DNA of 64,000 nucleotides from Candidatus Poribacteria bacterium (GTDB lineage Bacteria; Poribacteria; WGA-4E; WGA-3G): NCBI GenBank assembly GCA_965242965.1, contig OZ251518.1, positions 1,248,001 to 1,312,000 of the forward strand, read 5' to 3'. Shown piece by piece: positions 9,054 to 18,171 of this stretch (position 1 is its first letter; each line of letters starts with the position of its first letter). The notes under the pieces were generated by a model. It saw only the letters and a program-made list of their open reading frames with translations, ran no database searches and was not told where the DNA came from. The position numbers and the translations under genes were made by a program.

Positions 9054-10973
9054 ATGAAAACCCAAAACACCCTGCACCTTGCAGGATTACTACTGATACT
9101 GTGGAGCATCGCTACATTCAGCTGTGTCTTCGCGCTGGATGCAGACGCGCAGACTGTGCACGCGCTCCTCGTTCTCATGGACAATGACCGTAAGATCTCC
9201 GGTATCGTTGAGATAAGTGCCGAGAATATGCGCGATATGCTGCGCCGGCTTCCGGACACGCAGCTAGAAATGAAGACCTTGAAAGCTAGCGGAGACGAGG
9301 GAGTGACCTCCTGGCGTATCCTCGGATGGGTCCAAGAACTTCGCGTCGACCCGCAAGATACCATTCTTGTCTACTACAATGGACACGGATACGTTGACGA
9401 CAAAAATGGGCACCACCACCTTCAGCTCGATGAGCAAATCCGGGACAGGGACCTGCCCCGGGCCACTCTCACAGGCGCGCTCCGAGCGAAATCGTGTCGA
9501 CTGAGGATGTTGATTACCGATACATGCAGTCAATCTATCTCCGACCTAGCATCCTCGGATGCCACCATATCAGGACTCGGTAAGGTCGTCCCCACGGAAG
9601 AGAAGCGGAAGCAGCAGTATGTCAAGGACCTCTTCTTACAGCATGAGGGATTTCTGGACATCACTGCCGCGTCGCCGGAGAAAGAGCAAATCGCGCTCGG
9701 TACCGGCGGGGGACCTGGGGGATTAGGCGGGTTTTTCACGCATGCGCTGACGAAACGGAGTTTGACGGAAACAGTAGCCCTCGCAGACGGCGATGAGTTC
9801 CTCTTATGGGGGGAAGTCTTTGCGAAGTGCCAAATCGAAACACAGGATTTGTTTCTGCAATACGAAGAACCGGCTAGGGTAGCGAGACTAATAAGCGATC
9901 AGCAGACAACGCAGATGCCATACGCCTATCTGCCACTACCGACAAAGATAGACATGGAGAAACGGCCCGTGCAGAAGCCCGGCAAAACCGCAACCTTGTC
10001 TATCACTAGTACACCTAGCGGTGGCACTGTCTACCTTGAAGGCGAGAAAGTCGGTACAACCCCACTGCCAGGTTACAAAGTGTCCCTTGGCACCCGCGAC
10101 CGGAGAACAGTGCGAGTCACTATCGGACAAAAAGGCGACGCTGTCTATTTTCCACGGCCGAAAGATTTGAAACTCACGCAAAATCAGCATGCTTCGGAGC
10201 ATTTCCAAGAGGAAGCACAGCACCAAGACAGAGCACGCCAACAGGTCGATCTCAGTAAAATGGTGCTCATCCCCGCGGGAGAGTTTCCGATGGGGACAGA
10301 TGGACTGGCAGGCGAAAGTGGCGAAAATTCTAAACCTATCCATAGTGTATCGCTTGATGCCTTCTACATTGACACCCACGAAGTCACTGTCGGAGAATAC
10401 AAGCGATTCATAGAGGCAGCCAGGTATAAGCCTTTGCTAAAAGACGTTAAGAAATTTTCTCCCACCGACATGCACCCTGTCGTCGGTGTGAGTTGGCGCG
10501 ACGCGATGGCCTACGCTACCTGGGCGGGCAAGCGGCTGCCGACAGAGGCGGAATGGGAGAAGGCCGCCCGGGGCGGACTCTTGGACAAAAAATTTCCCTG
10601 GGGCGATGAAAAACCGAACTCCGCTCTCGCGAACTATCAAAAGATGGAGAAAACCACAACGCCGGTCGGGGAATACCCACCCAACGGCTTCGGTTTATAT
10701 GATGTAGCCGGGAACGTGTCAGAATGGTGCCTTGACGAATGGGACGCGGATTTTTATACCCCCTTCCCAGAAGAAAACCCTTTTGCGGGCCCGAAGAGCC
10801 GCGATGCAACCTTGGAGGAATTTCAAACTCTTAAGGGGCTACGCGTCGTGCGCGGTGGTTCTTGGAGTGCAATGTCGCCAGGAAGTCTCTACGTAGGTGG
10901 ACGAACCAAGGCTGAAGCACTCAAAGTATACAACTATATCGGCTTCCGATGTGCGAAGGACGCGTCGCCTTAA
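9054..10973 (+). CDS. Exported caspase-like protease + PEGA + FGE-sulfatase/CLec domain
   Basis: AAGGAG RBS; signal peptide; YYNGHG and LITDTCS; ITSTPSGGTVYLEGEKVGTTPL; FGE motifs. Confidence 0.85.
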   Translation: MKTQNTLHLAGLLLILWSIATFSCVFALDADAQTVHALLVLMDNDRKISGIVEISAENMRDMLRRLPDTQLEMKTLKASGDEGVTSWRILGWVQELRVDPQDTILVYYNGHGYVDDKNGHHHLQLDEQIRDRDLPRATLTGALRAKSCRLRMLITDTCSQSISDLASSDATISGLGKVVPTEEKRKQQYVKDLFLQHEGFLDITAASPEKEQIALGTGGGPGGLGGFFTHALTKRSLTETVALADGDEFLLWGEVFAKCQIETQDLFLQYEEPARVARLISDQQTTQMPYAYLPLPTKIDMEKRPVQKPGKTATLSITSTPSGGTVYLEGEKVGTTPLPGYKVSLGTRDRRTVRVTIGQKGDAVYFPRPKDLKLTQNQHASEHFQEEAQHQDRARQQVDLSKMVLIPAGEFPMGTDGLAGESGENSKPIHSVSLDAFYIDTHEVTVGEYKRFIEAARYKPLLKDVKKFSPTDMHPVVGVSWRDAMAYATWAGKRLPTEAEWEKAARGGLLDKKFPWGDEKPNSALANYQKMEKTTTPVGEYPPNGFGLYDVAGNVSEWCLDEWDADFYTPFPEENPFAGPKSRDATLEEFQTLKGLRVVRGGSWSAMSPGSLYVGGRTKAEALKVYNYIGFRCAKDASP

Positions 10974-11096
10974 CCTCATTCGGTATTGCTGTTTATAGCG
11001 GGTATGCAGGTCTTGACACCCTGGTAGGAAAGACCTCCCGGTCTTGATAGCCGAACGCTGCGAAACTGAAAATTTAACCTGAGGAGGAGACACCTA

Positions 11097-13028
11097 ATGA
11101 AAACTAAACTCTCCCTGCATTTCGCAGGATTACTACTACTGCTGCTGAGCTGCACGGCACTGCTAGGACCGGCGGCTTCCGCCGAGGCACAAGAAGTGCA
11201 CGCGCTCATCATCATCCTCGGCAATGACATGAATATTCGCGCCAGTGTTGAGAAAAGCGAAAGCCATCTCAAGAAGTTGATGGGGCTCGTCTCGGAGCAC
11301 TGCCCTGTCCAACTCACCGTCCTGAAATCCGAGGACGAACTCACTGGCTCTGTCACCAAAATGTCTCTCGTCGCGGGAGAAGCGCGCGGTATTGACAAAA
11401 AAGACTCGGGACTTATCAAGGGAAAGCATATAAGTGACTGGCTCAACGGCTTGCACCCCGCCGCCGAGGATACCGTGCTCATTTACTACAACGGCCACGG
11501 CGAACTGCGGAGTTTCGACAATGCACATGTCCTCCAGTTTACCGAGAGTGAGATGGTCCCCCGAGACTTGCTGCGCACCGAATTGGAAAAGAAACCCGGA
11601 CGGTTGAAGATGCTCATTACGGATACTTGCAGTAAAAAAGCTGATAACACCGGTGAGGAAGTGGTAGCGCAACATCTAGCAAGGATACAGGGGAAGGGAC
11701 AGCGGTATACCCACAATCTTTTCTTGGAACATACTGGCATCCTTGACATGACCTCGGCATCACCAGGGGAACTCGCCTGGGGAAACAACAAGGTCGGCGG
11801 GTATTTCACTGCCTCCCTTATCAAAAGTTTCCGCGGCACCTCCGACAAAAACAGTGACGAGTTCCTGGAATGGAGCGAAGTGTTTCCGGTATGCGTTTCC
11901 GAGACAGAGAAGTTGTATGAAGATACAGAATTCACGCTGATACAGAAAAACCTGTTGAAGCACGAAGGGCAGACGACGCAGCAACCGGTAGCGCACTCAC
12001 TTCCCACACGGATAGCCAGCAGCAACTCTGGACAGCCGGCAGTAGTTGAGGTGGAAACGACTGCTACCCTCAGTGTCACCAGCACGCCAAACGGCGCAAC
12101 CGTCTACGTGGACGGCACCATCATCGGCACCACGCCGCTGACATACGAAGTCGATCTCGGGTTTCAAACCGAGAAGCCTGTTGAGGTAGGCCTATCGCTG
12201 GAAGGCTATAAGCCGAAACTTGCACACGTAACGCTGAAGCGCGGGCAACGCGCGACATGGAGTAACGTGACGCTGGAGAAAAAAGCGGTCCAGTTCCCTC
12301 AGCGGATAACTGGCAACGATGGCGCAGAAATGGTGCTCATCCCCGCCGGCAAGTTTCAGATGGGCAGCAACGACGGTTATGAAGATGAAAAACCCGTGCA
12401 TACCGTCTACGTGGATGCGTTCTACATGGATGTCTACGAAGTAACCGTGGGACAATATAGAAGGTTTCTGCAAGCCACCGGGCATCGCGCGTTACCGGAT
12501 AGGGTTTCTGAGTATTCTCCCACCGACATGCACCCTGTCGGCGGTGTGAGTTGGCACGACGCGATGGCATATGCCACCTGGGCCGGCAAACGGCTGCCGA
12601 CGGAGGCGGAATGGGAGAAAGCGGCGCGCGGCGGGTTGCAAGGACAGAAGTATCCGTGGGGCAATGGGATTGATGCAGGTCAGGCAAATTACGGCAGGAA
12701 TCTTGGGGGCACCACGGAGGTTGGGAGTTATGGTGCGAATGGGTATGGGTTATATGATATGTCAGGGAATGTGTGGGAGTGGTGTGTTGATGCGTATAAG
12801 GCGGATTTCTATGCGCGTTCATCGCCCCAAAATCCGCTTGCAGGGAAGATGACCTTAAGGGAAGTGAGTGCTAATTACCAAAACGTGACAGGCTCGCGCG
12901 TGTTGCGCGGCGGCAGTTGGCTCAATTTAGCGCAGTCCTTGCGCGTCGCCAATCGCGAGGGGGATACGCCTACGGACACGTTCGACGGCATCGGTTTTCG
13001 TTGCGCGAGGGGAACCGTTACGCCTTGA
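11097..13028 (+). CDS. Exported caspase-like protease + PEGA + FGE-sulfatase/CLec domain; putative DGR target
   Basis: GAGGAGG RBS; signal peptide ending AEA; YYNGHG and LITDTCS; PEGA; FGE motifs; variable C-terminus. Confidence 0.85.
   Translation: MKTKLSLHFAGLLLLLLSCTALLGPAASAEAQEVHALIIILGNDMNIRASVEKSESHLKKLMGLVSEHCPVQLTVLKSEDELTGSVTKMSLVAGEARGIDKKDSGLIKGKHISDWLNGLHPAAEDTVLIYYNGHGELRSFDNAHVLQFTESEMVPRDLLRTELEKKPGRLKMLITDTCSKKADNTGEEVVAQHLARIQGKGQRYTHNLFLEHTGILDMTSASPGELAWGNNKVGGYFTASLIKSFRGTSDKNSDEFLEWSEVFPVCVSETEKLYEDTEFTLIQKNLLKHEGQTTQQPVAHSLPTRIASSNSGQPAVVEVETTATLSVTSTPNGATVYVDGTIIGTTPLTYEVDLGFQTEKPVEVGLSLEGYKPKLAHVTLKRGQRATWSNVTLEKKAVQFPQRITGNDGAEMVLIPAGKFQMGSNDGYEDEKPVHTVYVDAFYMDVYEVTVGQYRRFLQATGHRALPDRVSEYSPTDMHPVGGVSWHDAMAYATWAGKRLPTEAEWEKAARGGLQGQKYPWGNGIDAGQANYGRNLGGTTEVGSYGANGYGLYDMSGNVWEWCVDAYKADFYARSSPQNPLAGKMTLREVSANYQNVTGSRVLRGGSWLNLAQSLRVANREGDTPTDTFDGIGFRCARGTVTP
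12612..12914 (+). repeat. 303-bp exact repeat, copy 2
   Basis: Identical to 4697-4999. Confidence 0.95.
12915..12989 (+). other. Putative DGR variable region VR2
   Basis: Counterpart of 5000-5074. Confidence 0.8.
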
Positions 13029-13048
13029 GTCTTAACACCCTTACCCCT

Positions 13049-13070
13049 TCTGATCGGTAAACCAATCAGA
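13049..13070 (+). promoter_or_regulatory. Hairpin downstream of VR2
   Basis: tctgatcggt-aa-accaatcaga, one stem mismatch. Confidence 0.65.
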
Positions 13071-13321
13071 CCGGTATGAAAAAGGGTAGGGACTTACATT
13101 AGCCCTAACGCCCAGGCCGGTGCATCTTTTGCGGACGAATCATGTGTTTACGCTGAACAATGACACAGCAGTGGAGATTCCTAGAAATCCAACGCGTTGC
13201 ATTTTGCGGAATCTGTAGATCTTCAACTATCCGTTGAACGACGCGGAAGTGGAAGAAATCTATCGCGAACATCGTCAGAATCTGTTAGAATGAAGGCGTG
13301 TCCTCTTTTCGTCGCGGAACG

Positions 13322-13788
13322 TTCGCGGGGGACAGGCCCCGCGCTACGGGCTCTAGGTGAGCGAAGGCTTCACGGGGGTCTGTCCCCCGCGCTACGGGCT
13401 CGGGGCATCCGTTTTATCGTAGGGCGAGGGGTTTGCGATCTGTAGTTCGGGATCGCCTGATCCCGAACGGACATCTGTTTCACCGAACGTTCGCGGGGGA
13501 CAGGCCCCCGCGCTACGGGCTCGGGGACCGCCCGTTTCACCGTAGAGCGAGGGCCTGTCCCTCGCCGTGCCATTTGGAAAACGCAGTCCTCAGGGTCTAA
13601 CAGACCTAAAGCACCGTCCTTTTCAAAAGAGATCTCGCCGCTGCGAGAGAGAGAATCCTGAAACTCTTGTGAATCCTGCAAATCCTGCTTCAGACACCTG
13701 AGAGATCGCGGGGGACAGGCCCCCGCGCTACGGGCTCGGGGCAGCCGTTTTACCGAACGTTCGCGGGGGACAGGCCCCCGCGCTACGA
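13322..13788. repeat. REP cluster (GTAG-type palindromes)
   Basis: Multiple cgcgggggacaggcccccgcgctac and gtagggcgagggcctgtccctcgcc units; boundaries approximate. Confidence 0.85.
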
Positions 13789-13810
13789 ACTCAATCAGGA
13801 GGTTTCATCT

Positions 13811-14677
13811 ATGAAATATGCTATCAAAATGTTTACACAATCAACACATCGCGCCGCATACGCAATGGCGTTAACCCTTATCCTCACTCTCTGCACGGGA
13901 TGCGTTAGCGTCAGCACCGTCAGCAACGTAGGCAATACGCTCCTTGACGAAATCGGCGATGTCAACATCTTCACCGATGCAGAAGAACAGCAATTCGGTA
14001 AGGAATTTGTCGCACAACATGACAAGCAGGTCACGTTTCACACCGACCCGAGTGTCACCAACTATATCAATGACCTCGGGCAAACGCTGGTCCGCCACAG
14101 CAAGCGCAATGATATCCCTTATACATTCAAGGTGGTTGAAACGAAAGGAGTCAACGCGTATGCTGTCCCCGGCGGCTATATTTACGTGCATCTCGATCTC
14201 ATCAGGATGGCGAAGACAGAATCGGAATTGGCGGCGGTGCTCGGACACGAAATCGGACATATCGTCGGCAGGCACTCGATGAAGCGGCTTACCAAAGCAT
14301 ACGGCATCGAAATCCTAAAACAACTGCTTGTCAAGGAGGACTCCGGCGAGTTTAAAAAACTGGTTGCGGATGTGCTATCGGCGGGGTTGCTCTTTAAATA
14401 TAGCCGCGACGATGAACGCGAGTCGGATATGTATGGCGTGCAGAACGTCTACGATGCGGGGATATCGCCGGCGGGTGCAGGGACGTTCTTTGATACGCTC
14501 CGGGAATTGCAGGGACGTGAACCATCGTCGTTGGAGTTGATGTTGTCGACGCATCCGGCGAGTAGTGAACGCGCGCGGAATGTGCGCGCGCAAATCAGCG
14601 GTTTGCCGCCGAAGTCGGGGTTACGGGAGGATTCGTCGCGTTTCCAGCAGGTAAAGCGGCGGGTATCTGGCCGTTAA
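13811..14677 (+). CDS. M48 family metallopeptidase lipoprotein
   Basis: LCTGC lipobox; NAYAVPGG, HEIGH, YSRDDERESD, STHP. Start may lie downstream. Confidence 0.9.
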   Translation: MKYAIKMFTQSTHRAAYAMALTLILTLCTGCVSVSTVSNVGNTLLDEIGDVNIFTDAEEQQFGKEFVAQHDKQVTFHTDPSVTNYINDLGQTLVRHSKRNDIPYTFKVVETKGVNAYAVPGGYIYVHLDLIRMAKTESELAAVLGHEIGHIVGRHSMKRLTKAYGIEILKQLLVKEDSGEFKKLVADVLSAGLLFKYSRDDERESDMYGVQNVYDAGISPAGAGTFFDTLRELQGREPSSLELMLSTHPASSERARNVRAQISGLPPKSGLREDSSRFQQVKRRVSGR

Positions 14678-14679
14678 TT

Positions 14680-15008
14680 GTAGGGCGCGGGGGCTGTCGC
14701 GCTGCGACTAGATCGCGGGGGACAGGCCCCCGCGCTACGGTAAAAAAAATGCCTCCCTTCACCGTAGGGCGAGGGCCTGTCCCTCGCCGTGCCTCGGTCA
14801 GGGAAACGGCGTTGTTGGCGTGCGGTTTTCGCGCGGGTCGAGCGATCGCGGGGGACAGGCCCCCGCGCTACGGGGAAAAAAACGCCTCCCTTCACCGTAG
14901 GGCGAGGGCCTGTCCCTCGCCATGCCTCGGTCGGGGAAACGGCTTTGGGCGGCGTGCGGTTTTCGCGCGGGTTGAGCGATCGCGGGGGACAGGCCCCCGC
15001 GCTACGGG
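14680..15008. repeat. REP cluster
   Basis: Alternating inverted REP units. Confidence 0.85.
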
Positions 15009-15085
15009 CGCGTCCCTCTTTCCCGTTGCAAGAAACATGACATTATGATACACTACAGAAAAACCATGAACGAAGAGGACTCCCG

Positions 15086-16096
15086 ATGAAAGGCAAACGC
15101 ATCATAATGCCAGCGAAACGTGCCGTGACGCTGGAAGAGTTTGAACTTGACGAAACCCTCGCACCCGACCAGATTCTGCTGAAAACGCACTATAGCCTCA
15201 TCAGCCCCGGCACCGAAGGCGCAGGGTATACCGGGCTGGAAAGCGGCACGCGCTTCCCGCACGGCTCAGGCTATACCGCTATCGGCGAGGTGCTTGCCGT
15301 TGGTGAGAACGTGACGAAGTGTAGCGTCGGCGATTTGGTTTTTTGTTATACACCGCACGCCTCCGTTGCAAAAACCGACCGGATTTTTCTGGCGTTCACA
15401 CCGCCACTCACGCTAGATGCAAAACTGATTCCGTTCGTGCGAATGGCAACAGTCGCGATGACTTCGCTTCGCGTCTCATCCGCCGAGTTTGGCGATACCG
15501 TCGTTATCATCGGCTTAGGGCTCGTCGGGAATTCGGCGGCGCAACTTTTCAATCTCGCCGGCATGAAAGTCATCGGCGTTGAGCGGATACCGGCGCGCTT
15601 GGAAATCGCCCGACGGTGCGGCATCCCACACCTCGTTAATCCCGATGAGGAAGACGTGCTGGAACGCGTCCTCGCATTAACCGATGGCGAAAAAGCGGAG
15701 GTTACCGTTGAGGCAATCGGCAACCCGCGGCTCGTTGAAACGGCGTATCAGCTGACGCGCGCCAAGGGTGAGGTTATCCTCCTCGGTTCGCCGCGCGGCG
15801 AATTTATCACGAATGCGACAGCGATTCTGAACTATAGCCATAGCATCGGCTTGGGCGCGATTACCCTCCGCAGCGCGCACGAATGGATTTATCCGGTGAT
15901 GCATTCTGGCGAATCCAAGCATTCGCTGGAACGGAACTCGCGCTTGGTTTATTCGCTCATTGAGGATGGCAAATTCAAGGTGTCTGAATTGCTCACGCAC
16001 ATAATTCATCCCGAAGATGCGCAAGCCGCTTACGATGGCTTGTCAGACCGGAAGGATGAATATCTGGGCGTGGTGATGGATTGGACGCGCGGATAA
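15086..16096 (+). CDS. MDR-family (zinc-binding alcohol dehydrogenase-like) oxidoreductase
   Basis: SLISPGTE, GY..GEV..VG, IIGLGLVG Rossmann motif. Confidence 0.85.
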   Translation: MKGKRIIMPAKRAVTLEEFELDETLAPDQILLKTHYSLISPGTEGAGYTGLESGTRFPHGSGYTAIGEVLAVGENVTKCSVGDLVFCYTPHASVAKTDRIFLAFTPPLTLDAKLIPFVRMATVAMTSLRVSSAEFGDTVVIIGLGLVGNSAAQLFNLAGMKVIGVERIPARLEIARRCGIPHLVNPDEEDVLERVLALTDGEKAEVTVEAIGNPRLVETAYQLTRAKGEVILLGSPRGEFITNATAILNYSHSIGLGAITLRSAHEWIYPVMHSGESKHSLERNSRLVYSLIEDGKFKVSELLTHIIHPEDAQAAYDGLSDRKDEYLGVVMDWTRG

Positions 16097-16102
16097 CGTG
16101 AA

Positions 16103-17383
16103 TCATGACACTGCCAGCACCGCATCAATCTGCCCCATTACTTTACGCAACGCCGCCACATAGAGGCGCATCAACTCCAAGTCATTCGGGGGATTGACAT
16201 CGAAGAGATAGCAGTGTGAATTGATGAACGCAACGGCTTTGGGGTAATCCTCCGTTCGGTATTCCACAGTGGAGTTGTTGCAGTGCCATGGGCATCCCTT
16301 GCCGTAGCCGAGGCGGTTCTGGAAAATCTCCTGTGATGGCACCGGCAATCGTTGCCACTGCCCTGTGGGGACACCCTCCGCGCGCAAGGCCGCTTGCACC
16401 TTCTCGCGCAAAGTCCGCGCGGAAATGTCTAACCCTAACGCCCCCGGGTCAAAACCGATGACGTAGTTGTAGTAGACAGGCTCGCAACCCGCAGGAACAA
16501 CCGGCGTTTCAATCCCGTCAATCTCGTTCAGATGCTCCGTCAGATAGTCGCAATTTCTGATGCGCAGCGCGTTATTCTCATCCAGTCGTTTGAGTTGGCT
16601 GCGGATGAACGCCTGACTGAACATATCGCCGCGATACATCCAGCCGAGTCCATAGGCGTTGTATTCTTGCTCCTCACGTTCGCGCCCTGGCACGACTATC
16701 TCGCCGAAATACTGCAACAACGCCGCGCGCCGGTAAATCTGCTCATCATCGGTGGTGAACAAGCCGCCTTGGCAACCGCTACTCAACGTTTTCGATGCCT
16801 GCGTGCTGTAGCCGGCCGCTTCGCCGAACGCGCCGCAATAGCGTCCTTTATACCGCGCGCCGTGTGCCTGCGCGACATCCTCAATTACCTTCAGATTGTG
16901 CTTTTTGGCAATCGCCAAGATTGCATCCATATCGGCAGGCATGCCGTGAATGTGGACAGGCAGAATTGCCCGCGTTCGTTCCGTGATTTTCGCTTCAATC
17001 TGGCCCGGGTCGATGCAATAAGTCACCGCATCGATATCAACGAAAACCGGGATAGCGTTGTGATGCAGCACCGCTGCCGCCGTTGCCCAAAAAGTGAAGG
17101 CAGGCATAATCACCTCGTCCCCCGGTTCAATGCCAACTCCAGCGACGCAAAGATGCAACGCGGCGGTGCCACTGTTAACCGGAATGCAATACCGAACGCC
17201 CATGTATTCCGCCCACTCCTGCGCGAGCCCTTCGGATTGGATGCGTTGCTGTTCGGTAATCTTTTCGGAGGCAAGCACCTCGGCGATGGCGGCTCTATCG
17301 GCATCGGTTACCTGCGGCCACGGTTGAATGAGCCCATCAGGAACCGTCCGCGGTCCGCCGTGGATAGCGAGTTTGGTTTGCAT
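16103..17383 (-). CDS. DegT/DnrJ/EryC1/StrS family PLP aminotransferase
   Basis: NSGTAALH, GDEVIMP, PVHIHG, IEDVAQAHGA, STQASK. Confidence 0.92.
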   Translation of the reverse strand: MQTKLAIHGGPRTVPDGLIQPWPQVTDADRAAIAEVLASEKITEQQRIQSEGLAQEWAEYMGVRYCIPVNSGTAALHLCVAGVGIEPGDEVIMPAFTFWATAAAVLHHNAIPVFVDIDAVTYCIDPGQIEAKITERTRAILPVHIHGMPADMDAILAIAKKHNLKVIEDVAQAHGARYKGRYCGAFGEAAGYSTQASKTLSSGCQGGLFTTDDEQIYRRAALLQYFGEIVVPGREREEQEYNAYGLGWMYRGDMFSQAFIRSQLKRLDENNALRIRNCDYLTEHLNEIDGIETPVVPAGCEPVYYNYVIGFDPGALGLDISARTLREKVQAALRAEGVPTGQWQRLPVPSQEIFQNRLGYGKGCPWHCNNSTVEYRTEDYPKAVAFINSHCYLFDVNPPNDLELMRLYVAALRKVMGQIDAVLAVS

Positions 17384-17421
17384 GGGGGTTTCCTCTTGAT
17401 TTCATCTTATCCCAAATTAAG

Positions 17422-18160
17422 TGAGGGTGTTTCATATCTCAATGTCTTCCCGGTAGGAGAGACCTCCTGGTCTCGATGGCCGCCGGGTAGGAGAGACCTC
17501 CTGGTCTCGATTTCCGCGTAGCGCGGGGGCCTGTCCCCCGCGAACGTTGGAGTGCGCGAGCACTGGCGAGGGACAGGCCCTCGCCCTACGGTGACGTGCC
17601 GTTTTTTTCGTAGCGCGGGGGCCTGTCCCCCGCGAGCGTTGGAGTGCGCGGGCGATGGCGAGGGACAGGCCCTCGCCCTACGTGAAGAGGCGGCGTTTTT
17701 TTCCCGTAGCGCGGGGGCCTGTCCCCCGCGATCTCCATCGTCACGATGTGTGTTTTCCCCTCTGTAGTTCGGGAGCACCCGCTCCCGAACGGGTCAGGAT
17801 CAGGCGATCCTGACCTACAGAGATGAGGAGGTTTAACAGCCAAACGCATGGCGAGGGACAGGCCCTCGCCCTACGGTGACGTGCCGTTTTTTTCGTAGCG
17901 CGGGGGCCTGTCCCCCGCGATTTCCATCGTCACGATGTGTTTTCCCTCGTTGTAGTTTGTGCTCGCCTGATCACAAACAGGTCAGATCGAGCGATGGCGA
18001 GGGACAGGCCCTCGCCCTACGGTGACGTGCCGTTTTTTTCGTAGCGCGGGGGCCTGTCCCCCGCGAGCTCCAGCGTCACGATGTGTGTTTTCCTCTCTGT
18101 AGTTTGTGATCGCCTGATCACAAACGGTCAGGATCGGGCGATCCTGACCTACAGGGGTGA
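17422..18160. repeat. Composite REP cluster starting with the MITE terminal repeat
   Basis: tgagggtgtttcata followed by repeated REP modules. Confidence 0.8.
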
Positions 18161-18171
18161 GGTGGAGTGGT

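Noticed and set aside
1471-10973. Other FGE genes (1471, 7818, 9054; also 41362) as DGR targets
   Set aside because: Their 3' ends do not match the VR scaffold and lack the downstream hairpin; a different TR cannot be excluded.
14674-15048. Short ORFs with ARGPVPR/RGTGPR peptides (also near 17400-18200, 31300-32100, 50000-51100)
   Set aside because: Translations of REP palindromes, not genes.
16532-17521. 329-aa plus-strand ORF
   Set aside because: Antisense shadow of the aminotransferase gene.
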